The notes under the pieces are model-generated. The model was not told the DNA's origin, did no database searches, and worked only from the letters and a program-made list of their open reading frames with translations. From Octopus sinensis (lineage: Eukaryota): a stretch of 64,000 nucleotides of DNA. The stretch lies in assembly GCF_006345805.1 (NCBI RefSeq), contig NC_043000.1, forward strand, positions 69,378,001 to 69,442,000, written 5' to 3'. Of this stretch, positions 13,735-27,230 are shown in pieces; the first letter of the stretch is position 1, and every line of letters begins with the position of its first letter. Both the position numbers and the translations under genes were made by a program.

Positions 13735-14520
13735 TACGAGGTCTGATCATTAAGTATCCGCACTGTTGCCATAATAACAAAGCTAAAACACGCGGAGTGA
13801 AGCTGATTGCACAGATTGACCTTGAACTCTGCTGTGTATGCGTTCTAAGTTTTAACTTGCGCTGTTTACAGCAGCGATTCGAACGAAGGTGTGTAGCGTG
13901 CGATTGTCACATTGACCATGACAGAGAAAGTTGTTATGGCGATACTTGCTCAGAGGCCTACGCAAAGTTGCAGAATGTGTATGGAGAGGAGTGTATGAAC
14001 CGCACTTGAGTGTACGAGTGGTTCAGACGTTTCCAAGATGGCCGAAAAATGTCGATATTGACGAACGTTCTGGTAGACCCGCAATCGGCGGAACTGAGAA
14101 AAACATCGCAGATGTTGGTGCAGCTGTGAGGGGAAATCGTTGAATCACCATTCATGAGTTATCAGAGGATGTGCAGATTAGTTACAGTTCAGTTCAGTCC
14201 ATTATCACTGAAGATTTGTGTATGAGATGTGTGTCTGCCAAGTTGGTGTCAAAACTGCTTTCAGCTGACCAAAAAGACACTTGGGTTTCAGTTGCACAAG
14301 ATCTCCTTGATTGTGTCGAGAACGATGAAAACGTTTTGAAAACTTTGCGTAGACCTCTGAGGAGGTATCACCAAGCTTTTGGCAAAATTTGATGCAAATT
14401 CTCTGCTCAACTTTCTCTGTAATGGCCAATGCGATGATCACACGCCACACACATATCAAAGCTCTATTGTAGATAGCGGAAGTGAGCCAGAACATTAAAC
14501 TTAGTGCACATGCACAGCAG
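13735..14520 (+). mobile_element. Rearranged (fold-back) mariner derivative
   Basis: Starts TA|CGAGG. N-terminal transposase relics (EAYAKLQNVYGEE, DERSGRP, VSAKLVSKLL), followed by an inverted copy of its own 5' region. Confidence 0.8.
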
Positions 14521-15090
14521 ATGTATTAAAAATGCAATACTTGCCAAATATTTATTTTTGATAATTTACAGTGCCATGTTTTTTATTTAATAATTTACAG
14601 TAAAACAGAAAAAAAAGCACATTGAAGGGATCTTAAATACACTCTTATCGACTTATCAATGCATTCGAATAAAGCATTTCATTAGAAAATTTGAGTTGCT
14701 GAGTAGATTTTGAGAGAACTTAGATAAACTTGACAGAGACTAAAGTGATTCACACTAGAAACTGCGATATCTCCATAGTTTAATGTTTAGCACGTTTTTA
14801 TACAATTAAGAAGTATGGTTAACTTGCTTTTAAAAAGATATCACTCAATTTTCCTTTCTAATTTCATGTATCAGTTTGAATATTAGATCGCAACTAAATA
14901 TAATGTGTATTTAAGACTCTTACGACAGTTCATATATCTGGATGAAATTAACTTATAATCTTTGAAAATATACACTAATTATAGGATGATTCTTAATTGC
15001 TGAGCAGTTTTTGATATCTCTATATTAAGAATTTCCTTTCACATTGCATTATATGAAACATAACTAACAAATGAATGACTTATTTTACAG

Positions 15091-15690
15091 ATATCACCAC
15101 AACTTCATCACCATCACCACCAACAACAGTAAAATCATCTTCGACAAGTTCTATACCAAAAACGACGAGTGAGGTAGCTACAAGCACGAAGATTAGAACT
15201 TCCAATGGGCCAGCTATAAGCACTCAACGTGGAACCACTAAAGAAGTTGAAATAACAATGAATGCAGTAAAAGCTACGAAGCTTAAAAATGTTACTGAGC
15301 ATGAGACAATTTTAGTTACAAGCACGGGGACTGGCGTAATTATAGAACCCGAAACAACAATGAAAACAGTTAAATCGACAAAATTAATGACAGTCACTGT
15401 GCTTGATACAGCTAGCACAGTTCTTAAGACAACAAACGAGGAAGAAACGGCCATTGGACTTGAGACAACAATGGAAATAGATAGGACCACAAACTCTAAA
15501 ACAGCTCCCTTTTCTGAGAATACAATCGCAGAAAGTGAAAGTACAATGGAAGCAAGGAAAATAATAACTATAGCGCCTATAAAAGCAGAACACTCAATGG
15601 CTACTGACTTACAAACCACTTCCTCAATGACAACTACGATGCTGAAATCAGGTTCTGAAAATTCTGCCGAAATTCAAAAAGACGAATCTA
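15091..15690 (+). CDS. Exon 4: Thr/Ser-rich mucin-like linker
   Basis: TTTTACAG acceptor and A|GTGAGT donor, phase 1-1. 200 open codons rich in T/S/E/K with recurring E(T/I/S)TM motifs. Confidence 0.88.
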
Positions 15691-16700
15691 GTGAGTAGTG
15701 AAAATTATGCATCTTCTTGTAAGTGTAGAGGTATGTTTAGTAGAGTTAATGATGTTTACACCTGAAAATAAAGTGTTTCACATGTAAAACAATAAAATAA
15801 AAGGATTAAGTAAAAACTGCTAAATGCGGAGCCTGGGATCTGGGATTCGATGCAGCAAGTATGATAAAGATGAAGAGACGAGTGTGTCGCGGGTGCCTGG
15901 ATGAAAGAAATGTGAAACCAGCCAACTTCAATGAACAGAGGCCATGATAGTAGCGATATAAAAGACGGAGAGAAAAGTCATCATGCTTGTGGCCAGAGGC
16001 TGAATTTCATCCAGATCATATGTGTGCGTTGCAGTAGCACCACCCTACACGTGGGAGCAGTACTACAAAGTCAGCCTTACTTTAGCCTTGTAAATTGAGC
16101 AAAACGATTAAAAATGTTCATAGTTTTATGCTCATTTTAATATATTTTGATTACATTTCTACAAGGTTGTAAATTGTATCTTTTGATTTCTTACCATTTA
16201 TAAATGCAACTCTACTGGGACTATGACTGTGACTAGGTCGCAGACATGCGACGAAAATCTTTGGCATCTCATAAAATATATTTAAAATTTAAGATGAATT
16301 TCAAAGCTTTGTTCGTTATTAACTAGCTGAAATGGATCACCCACGATGTACTTCCTTCGGGTTCAACACCCGATTTCAAATTACGTCGCTTGCAGAACCA
16401 ATATAATTCCAAATTTATTATTTTTTAAATTCATTTTATGCATTCAGATATTGAAATGCAAAACGATCATCCAATTTAGTATTGATTTATATGTACTTAA
16501 AATATATTCTGAAATACTACCTTAGAATTACTTTAATATACGATATGAACTGTAATGATATAGGATAATATAGAACAATATCTGGGAAATTTGATGTTTT
16601 GCATAGTCACAGTGTTTCAAATGTATGCGGAGCGGTAAAAGCACTCCCGAAGTGAAATGGCCCTCAGTTGTTTGGAACACCTTTACAATATTGAAAACTA

Positions 16701-17929
16701 TCAGGTCATCCCATAACTTCTGCCCGAATTTTGAATAAAGAAAACAAGTGATCAAATGTTATATTTAATTGAAATTTAATCATCAATGTACTTTCCCTGA
16801 TTATCTATGACTTCCTCCCATCTATTTACAATATTTTTAATCCCATCAATGTAAAACTCCTTTGGTTTCAAAGCGAAGAACTCAGAAATGTCAGTTTCGA
16901 CCTCCCCTGGCTTGCGAAAGTTATGTCCCCCAAATGATTCTGTAAACTACGAAACAAATGGTAGTCTGAAGGAGCAAGGTCGGGAGAATAAGGTGGATGA
17001 GGAATTTTTTCCCAACCAAGCTCTTCGATCTTCTGTGATGTGATCTTTGCAGTGTGAGGTCGCGCATTGTCCTGATGAAATATCACTCCTATTCGATTCA
17101 CTAAAGCGGGTCTTCTTTTTCTTCAAAGCTTGGTTCAAACGCTCTAATTGCTGACAGTAGACTTGAGCATTGATTGTTGCATTAGGTGGTAAGAATTCAA
17201 ATACCACCAGATAGAGAGAAGAACCTTTTCCCCATGAAGTTCTCTTTTCGGTTGTGGTTGAGCTTTTTCCCTTTTACCTAGCCACTGTTTACGACGTTTA
17301 ACATTTCGATAGAAGAACCATTTTTCGTCTACCCAAAAAGGGTGAAATGAGTTCGCGAGATTGGGGAGAAGAGCAGATGTCAACTCGGGATTTGCAGTTG
17401 CTTTCGGACAATTCATGAGGCACCCATTTTCCAAGTTTAGGAACCTTTCCAAGTTGTTGAAGATGGCGATGAACAGTTATATGGTTTGAACTAAGCTTTA
17501 TTGCCAATTCTTCAACTGATAATGCAGGATTTTCTTCAAGTAATGCTGGATATCCTGTTCGATTTTCATCTTGAAGTCTGAAATCTCTACTTCTGAATTT
17601 TGCAAACCATCTTCTGCAAGTTCTTTCATTCAAGCATTCTTTCGCATAAAATGAGTGCATGTGTCGAGTCGCTTCGGTTGCAGAGTTTCCTTTTTTGTAC
17701 TCATAAAGCACCATGTGCCTCAAATGCTCTTTAGATATTCCATGTTAGAAAGGGTTTTAATCAAAGAAGTTTTAATTCTATTATTCTGTAAAATAATATT
17801 TAATTAGTTTAAATGTACACAAATGCATAAAAATAATTTTTAATTCCATTAGAAATTCTAAAATACTATTAAATTTCATTCAATTTTTAAAAAAAGGTAA
17901 AATCGGACAGAAATTATGGGATGATCTGA
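16701..17929 (-). mobile_element. Near full-length defective mariner transposon
   Basis: 27-bp TIRs TCAGGTCATCCCATAACTTCTGCCCGA (3 mismatches) with TA on both sides. WVPHEL, DEKW, HQDNARPH and HPPYSPDLAPSDYHLF motifs lie in frameshifted ORFs. Confidence 0.95.
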
Positions 17930-18178
17930 TATAAATTATTCATCAGTCGTGATTGATGTTAAATCTCTCATAGATTTTCACTTTTGGTTTATTGCTTCTA
18001 ATTCAACAAAATGCGCTGTAACTAGCATTTTTGTCTTGATATTAAACGCGTTTTAAACGATGCAAAAATTCAAAATTGAACGCATTGTTTAGTTAGAAAT
18101 CACAAATATGAATGTTGCTGTGAATATTTAAATATTATTCGGGATTTAATGCAATTTCATTTTATCTTCTTTTTACAG

Positions 18179-18738
18179 GTTCAATTGTCTTCGGATACGA
18201 CCTCTTATCAATGGGTGCATACCGAGCAAATATGATTACTCAGTTTATTAATGCTGTTATAGCGTATATTGGATACGACAATTTTGCTGTTTTATCTTTT
18301 ACCCATTGTCCAGAATCCTTTAACGTACCAGCTACACCAGTTAAATCTTCACAAGGAAGTGCTTTTAACCAAAATGTAAAAGTAAATGTGCCAAATTTAT
18401 CTGACTTGATTCGGCAAATAAGAGAAAAATATCATCACGAGCAACCAAATAAAGTCGGACCTCAGACAGCTGTTCTGTTTCTAGACCCGTCTGTAACTGT
18501 ACTTACACCAGATGTTGTGGACGAAACGCAAAAGCTAAAGGATGTAGGATTTACTGTGTACATTGTGACTGTTGGCTGGAGAGAATGGCCAATACCTGAA
18601 GTAATCTATATGATGAGCAGTAAACCTTACAAAGCTCACCTTTTCAAGGCGCCTACTTATAGCAGATTATTGTACAAGGCCCGATATATGCCTTTCCAAT
18701 TCAAGAAATTACGTAACAAAAAGCGAAAGCAACAATAA
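18179..18738 (+). CDS. Exon 5: degenerate VWA-like domain and basic C-terminus, stop TAA
   Basis: TTTTACAG acceptor, phase 1, in frame with ORF 18211..18738. VWA-like strands IVFGYD, FAVLSF, TAVLFLD and LKDVGFTVYIVTVG; no DxSxS. Confidence 0.85.
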
Positions 18739-19110
18739 TGTAATTGTCATTACAATTCACCATCAGATACGCACGCACACACACACACACATGCACAAAC
18801 ACGCACACATGAACAAACACACACACGCATGCACAAACACACATACAGCATAAACACACACTCACTCGCAACCACATACACGCGCAGACATGCACACCAA
18901 AACAGTACTCAATACAAATTTATTGAGGATAGCCTGTTAAGGTTTTATATCAGTTTATGCGAAATATGGCTAGCACGAAAACCTTAATAGCAGACATGAG
19001 TTAATATGCTATGTTTATGCTAAACGTTCATACATACATACATACTTATATACACAAACATATACATAAATATGCATATATATGTATGTGTACACACTTA
19101 TATATCTATG

Positions 19111-19157
<47 letters not shown>

Positions 19158-19189
19158 TATATATATATATATATATGTATGTATATATA

Positions 19190-19233
<44 letters not shown>

Positions 19234-19731
19234 ATATATATATTATATATATATATATATAATATATATACATATATATTTATATGAAACACAACAGCAA
19301 CTCGGTATTTTAAACAGATGATATAATTAATTTATTTTGGTTAAATATGTAATTAATTTTATTCTATCCACACATACATTAACAACTAAATATGTAAAGC
19401 TAAATATTATTTAAATTACAGTGCACTTAAGAAGTTTACTTCATAACTTCGGTGTCACTTAGGCCTGTACTTAATTAACCTAGGGCAGGTCACCTGATGA
19501 TAATGTATGCTGTGATGAGATTCGAGCCTAAAATGAACACTGACGATATGTCCAAGTATTGCATAAGTAAATGTTCAACTAATATATATATATATCTATT
19601 AGTTGAACATTTAGGTTCAGTTGGTGATTCGAATATATATATATATATATATATATTTGAAAAAATGAGTAGAGATGGCTGTTTTGGGGAAAAATTATTC
19701 CCCCAAAAGCCATCTGTATTCATTTTTTCAA

Positions 19732-19766
<35 letters not shown>

Positions 19767-19919
19767 TTTATGTATAGTATAAATAAAACGATATAACATA
19801 TCAAATATATTATAATATAGTGGTCCGTTAGCAATTAAAACCTAAAGGCAAATTGATAAACAAGGGTGCAAAAATAGTACCAGCATTGTTAACAATGCTG
19901 GTATTATTTTTGTACCCCT

Positions 19920-20006
<87 letters not shown>

Positions 20007-20230
20007 CTGTGCTTGCTTGTGTTTGTCTACCGCTATTTGACAACCGGTGTATCTTTGTTTGCATTCTGTTAACTTGAGGATTCAGAAAATACAGACTAAC
20101 AGTGTAAATATTGGATTTGAAATAATTTCTGGAACCGATTAGATCGAGAAAAAATAGTTAGATAAATACTCTGCTATTTTGTAATTTTGTAGCATATGTA
20201 TGTGTGTATGTGTGTATGTGTGTATGTGTA

Positions 20231-20310
<80 letters not shown>

Positions 20311-20340
20311 CACACATATATGTGTATGTGTTATGCATGC

Positions 20341-20380
<40 letters not shown>

Positions 20381-20412
20381 TATATATATATCATATATAT
20401 ATATATATATAT

Positions 20413-20451
<39 letters not shown>

Positions 20452-21043
20452 TTGTAGTATGTGTATGTGTATTCATTGCCACTAATTGCACGTTTGATAT
20501 TGTCTCGATTCGAAGACAATAGCTACAGACGATGATATTGGATCCACTACTTAACTAGTACTTTATTTTATCAAGGCAAGAAGGATGAAAGGCAAAGTTT
20601 ACCCGAGCAATATTTGAACTCAGAAAGTAAAGGTGCAGAACTAAATATAAATAATATTCATAAAAAGTAACGATAAATGCAGTCATGTGCATATATAAAT
20701 ATAATCGCCATTGATGCATTCACTCACGAACATATCAATGCAGATATTCTGAGATGTTTTATATATTTGATATTTACTTCGCTTAGCTCATATACTTCAT
20801 GTTAGCCACAAATGAGAAAATAGTATATTTGTACTTTTCTCAAAATCGTTCTGTTTTATATGATTCCATTCTAATTATCTTTTATATTTTTGCAAAACAC
20901 TGATATATTTTTCTAAAAAAAAAAATTAAATTAAAACAGCATATTTGTGCTTACTGTGTCTCTTACATGCTCTTGGTCTGTTTTATACTCACAGAAATAC
21001 TTATTGCACACTACTTACCGCTTGCACATATACATATACATAC

Positions 21044-21128
<85 letters not shown>

Positions 21129-21261
21129 AGAGAGTGACTCAAGGTCCGAGAGTTTCGTGCGTCTTGATAGAGGCCAACGCTCGAAATACTCGGGGCCTTT
21201 AGTCACTCTGTTCTGCTAAATACATGAATATGTATTTGTGCATATATGTGCGATATGTATG

Positions 21262-21325
<64 letters not shown>

Positions 21326-21348
21326 TATTATATATATATATATGTATA

Positions 21349-21403
<55 letters not shown>

Positions 21404-22586
21404 TTGTACACATACATTTACATGGACACATATGGTCATATGCATTCACACACTTATAATTCTTGCGTAGATAAACATCGCACTTATACACTTGCATAAT
21501 CATTGCATGTGTCTGAGTATACATTCTTTCTCGTGTCAAAAGTGTCATCATCCATAAATGTAGTTAACACTTGTCACGTTTTAGTCTGTAACATTCCATT
21601 CATCATAGCGCAAGATCTTTTAGAAGATTTCATTTACATAAAATCAGATAATAAAATAATATTTATCAAAATCAACAAATCACTTAGGTTAATTACTCTG
21701 AGAGGTCATCCACATAAATTGTTATAGTTAATTATATTTAATATAGGGAACATTATCTATATAATTAGACATAATCATTCGGGAAAGAAAAGACATCTTT
21801 AGCTCAATGGCTAATATGAATTCAATCCATTCGGTAAATACGGTAGATAACTCTGGACATGTTTTAATGTTTTCGGACCTTTTCAGATAAACGTATACTT
21901 CACCGTATTAGTTGAAGAACAAATGAGTAAACAATTAAGTAAATATACCACGCCGACGAGGGATATTCGGGAGAATTTAGATAACACAGTAAACCTAGGC
22001 ATTGCGGTGAAAAATACGTTAACTCTAACATAACTAATGTCTTTTTTTTCAAGTGGATGACATTTCTGTGGAATGAACGCCCGGAAGTTTTCTTTAAATA
22101 TACTGACTTTTTGTTTAAAAATTCTCCTGTTCAATGTTCGTCTATTTAGTCCTCACTACTTTGGCAAATAATAAGATATGCATTCTTCACTGAAGAATAA
22201 TGGTACCGAAACGTGCATGAACTGTTAATCATGTCTACGGAACGATTAAAATATGATTAATGTTTGAGCTAATGATGTCTTTTTCTCATCGCATATTTAT
22301 TTTTAACCAGAATTTTTGAATGCTCAATGTATTAAATATATTATCACTAACTTAATATTTATATAGTCAGATAATACTGACTCAAAATTTTACTTGAATA
22401 AAGACTTTAAATATTTTTATTATTCTTTTACCAGTGTTGTTTTATTTTCTATAAACCTTTATCATCTGACAATGGCATATATTTATTTCTCTTTGCTGTA
22501 ATCTTAGAATTAATAAGCAGCTGCAAAGTATTTTCACATCCGTGCGTTGTATACAAAGCTGCAAAAGAATTACTCGTTTACATATA

Positions 22587-22992
22587 GGCGCAGGAATTTC
22601 TGTGTGGTAAAAAGTTTGCATTCCAACCACATAGTTCCGGGTTCAGTCCCAGTGCGCGGGACTTTGGTAAAGTCTCTTCTACTATAGCCTCAGGTCGACC
22701 AAAGCCTGGTGAGTAGATTTGGCCGACAGAAACTGAAAGAAGCCCATCGTGTATATATATATGTATATATCGGTATCTGTGTGTGTGTTTACCCCCTCTC
22801 CATCACCGCTTGACGATCGGCGTTGGCGTGTTTACGTCTCTGTAACTTAGCGGTTCGGCAAAAGAGCAGGTCAAAATAAGTACCAGTCTTGAAAATTAAA
22901 AAGATACTGGGTTCTATTTGTTTGACTAAAATTCTTCAACGCGATGCCCCAGCATAGCCGCAGTCTAATGACTGAAACAGGTAAAAGATAGA
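22587..22992 (+). mobile_element. tRNA-derived SINE, family 2
   Basis: GCGCAGGAATTTCTGTGTGGTAAAAAGTTTGC..GGGTTCAGTCCC..CTACTATAGCC; tail TAAAAGATAGAAGA. Confidence 0.75.
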
Positions 22993-23367
22993 AGATACCT
23001 GTTTCTATCTTTGTTTACACTAACGGCATCCACCATTACCATTGTTTAGACATATTCAGCCTACTTTGATCAAAAGCTTTCTAGACATGACCGTCTTGTT
23101 ATTTTTGTCTCAGTGACTATACTGTCTGTTCCACGTTTCAAAAAGTATCATGTGATTCGAGGAAAATATTTCTAGAAGGTTAACCCTCACATAGATACCA
23201 GACTTGGACTCGTTGTGAATCATATAAAGAAACACTTATAGCAAGCGAATAAATCACATTAAAGAAATGTAGCTAAGGAGCCTATAGTGTGAGGTATATA
23301 CTCTTACAGGATGGTTTTCCCGCAGCAAGTAGTAATTGAAGGAAGAATAAAACATTTTAACATATAC

Positions 23368-23418
<51 letters not shown>

Positions 23419-24386
23419 GATAAGATCCAAGGATCAAGGTCTAGGAAGATAGTAAGCTTCGACCAGTCCGTAGAAGGTGTAAAAAAAACAACTTTCAGGA
23501 ATAGTAGTATATTACATGTACAAACATATATTCATACATGATTATGTGTGTGCGTATATGTGTGTATGCTTTGTATGTCTATATGCATTATGTATATATG
23601 AGTATACGCACACACAGACACACAAGTGTTTGAATTAATATGCATGCTCGGTATTACACAATACAATTTTATTTTCACAAATCAAGGCAAATAAAGCAAC
23701 CTAGCTTATCAGATAACCAGAACATCATGATTACAGTAACGATTCAACTCGAGCTGAATGCCGAACAGGCACATTAATTCAAACCTGGCGTAATTTATTC
23801 TACACTGAAATGTTTGCTATATAGAGAAAGCTTTGAGACGGCCATAATGCTAATGATGTCAAACGGTTAAAAAAATATATTCCTCTCTCAGACCTCCTGT
23901 TATTTTATGGTTTATATACGTTTCATGAAATAATTTCAACGATCGGATCTTCTGGATTTTATGAGAATGGGTACTCTACATTACACTCCTCTGCATTAGA
24001 TTACTATGTGGACTGTTAGCCGAGTTTGTATGAGAAGCTTTCTGTGATAACCACTCGAATCTCTGAATTCATGTCTTGTACTACAAATTTACACACTCAC
24101 ACACACGCGCACGCGCACACACACATGCATATATATAAATATATATACATATATGTAAAGATAAGATCCAATGATCCAGGTGTAGGAAGTTAGTTAGATT
24201 CTATCGGTCTGTGCTACGTATAAAAGGCAACTTTCAGGAACAATAATGGCTTATTGACGTAGAGACTTATAAATTTTTCCCATATCGAAGTTCGATAAAC
24301 TGAAGAAGTTATTTTATAGTTCACAGTTTGCAACTGGAGTTGCAGTGTTATGCAAATGAAAATCCAAATTATACATGTATGTACGC

Positions 24387-24433
<47 letters not shown>

Positions 24434-24996
24434 GTGTATACATACATTTATGTATATGTGTGTACTGATTAATTAATAGGACGCTACACAGTATCCTAAA
24501 TATTAATATGCTAATATGCTAATACCTACGTACGTACCTGCGGTGTATGTCACACTTACTTGAAAGAAAATAAAAAGAGAAAAAAGTCACTATTTTATCC
24601 AACACTCTAACGATTCCGTTAGGTTGCCGAGTTTGCCTTGAAAGGAAAAGGTAAAAAGAGGAATAAAACTTGTTAAGCAGAGGAAGTATAGTTGAGGTGA
24701 GAGGCAAGGCGGCAAAGAGGAGGGACAAAGAGAGAGAGGAGATTCAGATCGCTGCAAGGTAAGACAAATGTTACGCGTTAAACGCAGGAGGATGGGTGAC
24801 AGATAAGAAGACATAGAGTAGAGAGAGGGGATGGAGGGGGAAGAGAAAGAGAATTACAGGGATAGATTGAGTGAAGGAAGGTAGTGAAAGACAATGAAAT
24901 CGTTCTCATAGAGTCATAGAGAAAACGTTGGAATACGTTATCGGCAATATATTATAAAGCAGTTGAAAATATGGAAATTGCAAAAAGAAATGTTGC

Positions 24997-24997
<1 letters not shown>

Positions 24998-25071
<74 letters not shown>

Positions 25072-25272
25072 CCTCAAACTACACTCAGGATGATTAGCAG
25101 GACAGGAAAACTCACGGAGGAAGTGGCACTCACTGGTTACAGGCCGTATCAGTTAGACACAAAAGACGTCGTCCTACTTACACATAGTTATTCGATGTTT
25201 AATAAATGAAGTCACTATTTACAGAAGCTCACATTTTTATATTTTCCGTGAAGTTTTCACGGGTCCAGCTAG
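24998..25272 (+). mobile_element. Possible non-autonomous Helitron-like element
   Basis: (TATC)n start; subterminal hairpin CCGTGAA-GTT-TTCACGG a few nt before a terminal CTAG. Confidence 0.35.
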
Positions 25273-27052
25273 GTTTTGAATAATTTGAATAATTTGAAAC
25301 GTAAGGTAAATATTGTATTTAATACATTTTGTATACACATACCTCACTCTGAAAAGTAAACGAAATGATTCCACCTCAAGTCTCATCTCTCCATTGGCAG
25401 GGATAGGAATCAGTCTCACAACTTGTCTTGTTGAATCTTCACTAGGGAAAAATATCACATTTTCCCGAATTTAATTTAGCATGATTAATGATCTTTTTTG
25501 TATGTAAGTAGGAAAATGAAAATGTCTAAGATCTTGTAAAGAGTAAATGTTACAAGTTTCTGACTAAATAAGAAAATCAATTCCAATTTCGAAAAAGTTA
25601 CCAGATTAAAATTGCAACGACAGCACATCCTATTCAGAATAGGTCCATTTACGAGAAAGTATGATCTGAAATATTTTCCAGCATTTACAGAAATTTTACC
25701 AACTCTTAACATGGTTGAGTTTTCATCCATAAAGTGTGTTTTCATGCTATCTAAAACATTCCACGGAATCTTCAATCACAGTTATTTGCAAATTTGGCAT
25801 CGGCAACATTAGTGTTACCAACTGTATTTATGGAGAAACCGGAGAACCGATGGAACAAAATGAACTTAAATTTAACAAAATGTTTGTCCCATCTCCAAAT
25901 ATTCCTTAGTCAAATAAAAATAAACACTTTACCTATAATGTTGCAGTTTCATCAGATTTTTAAAAGCCATTACAAAGAAATGGGTTATAATTAAATTAGA
26001 AATACATAAATTTAATTATAACTGTAGAAAAACGAAAAAGAATCTTGTAGGAGTGTCAGTTTAATTTAACGGTCGATGAAACATAGCTCTGAGAAGAGTT
26101 TTCTTAACATTAATTACATGTGATGACATAGGAAAATCAAGATTTCAGTTTTAGAGGAATAATATCTTGAAATGATCCAAAAAGTCACATGCTTTTTAAA
26201 AACATTTCTGTGAATAATAATGTGCACTGAGTTACGCAGAAATTTAATAAATACAGACGTCCATACACATAACTTCACATACATTAGTATTTCGAAATAA
26301 ACTATGCCTGTATTTTATTTTCATTTCTTATTTTCATATTTCATCTTTTATATTTTATCGTTTATTTTATTCATAATATTCATAATATGTGTGTACTTAC
26401 GCTTATGTTTACAAATAAAAAAGTACTAGAAACATTATATAACGTTTAAGGATTGGTTGATGGTTCACCCCGTTACTATTTAGAATTTTACAAGAGTAGC
26501 ACAAACACGATCGACCAGGCAATATTTGTAAAGTGAATGAAACTATATCACTGCAATCCACTAGTTACATCGATTCTCATTGGTCAAAGCGAGTCAGAAT
26601 ATCGAATACGTGATAAGATATTCATGCTGGCCGTAGTCCCTCTATGTAAGAGAAATAAACGTATCCTTATCGTCAAGGAGAAGAGACACGGCAACACTTA
26701 AATCTGTTAACCAGTTTGAATCGTGTATTTTTGGATGCATGGAAGCAGTGCAAAAGATCTCCGATTAAGTGATATTGTTTTAATATGCAAAGGCTTCCAG
26801 TTTGGCACAACCTGTAGCTTCAGTATCCTTCCCAACCATGTTCTCCGAGTTTACGGACAAACTGAGACCAGGATGTAGAGTTTTGCTGCGTCCTTGACCT
26901 GAATGATGCAGGTAATAAGGAATTTTAAATGCATTTGTTGTGACTCCCGTTTACTTGATTTAAAACCATTTGAGGATGTAACTGATGTTTATATATTGCT
27001 GTTTCTGAAAGGAAAGATCCTGTAGATAGGCAATTAGGGTAATTCTTCGTTT

Positions 27053-27198
27053 TTGTCGTCGTCGCCGCTGCCAGCAGCAACAGCAGCAGCAGGACCAGCG
27101 GCAATAGCAGCAGCATCAGCAACACCAGCACCACCGCCGCCGCCGTCACAACCACGACGACGACGACGACGACGACGACGACCACGACCACCACGACC

Positions 27199-27229
<31 letters not shown>

Positions 27230-27230
27230 A
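27053..27230. repeat. Compound trinucleotide low-complexity tract (CAG/CCG/CGA/CCA/TCA)
   Basis: Direct reading; source of the homopolymer pseudo-ORFs. Confidence 0.9.

Noticed and set aside
12981-14009. 342-aa ORF as a single-exon gene with an MLLLLLLL signal peptide
   Set aside because: The N-terminal Leu run is intronic TTA sequence upstream of a strong acceptor, and the C-terminal third reads through the intron into a mariner relic. Only 13051..13614 is exon.
19490-19580. CTGATGA and CTGACGA as further hammerheads
   Set aside because: No correctly placed GAAA core segment follows.
19072-21470. Many YI/IY, CV and HT-repeat ORFs
   Set aside because: Translations of (TA)n, (TG)n and (TATC)n microsatellites.
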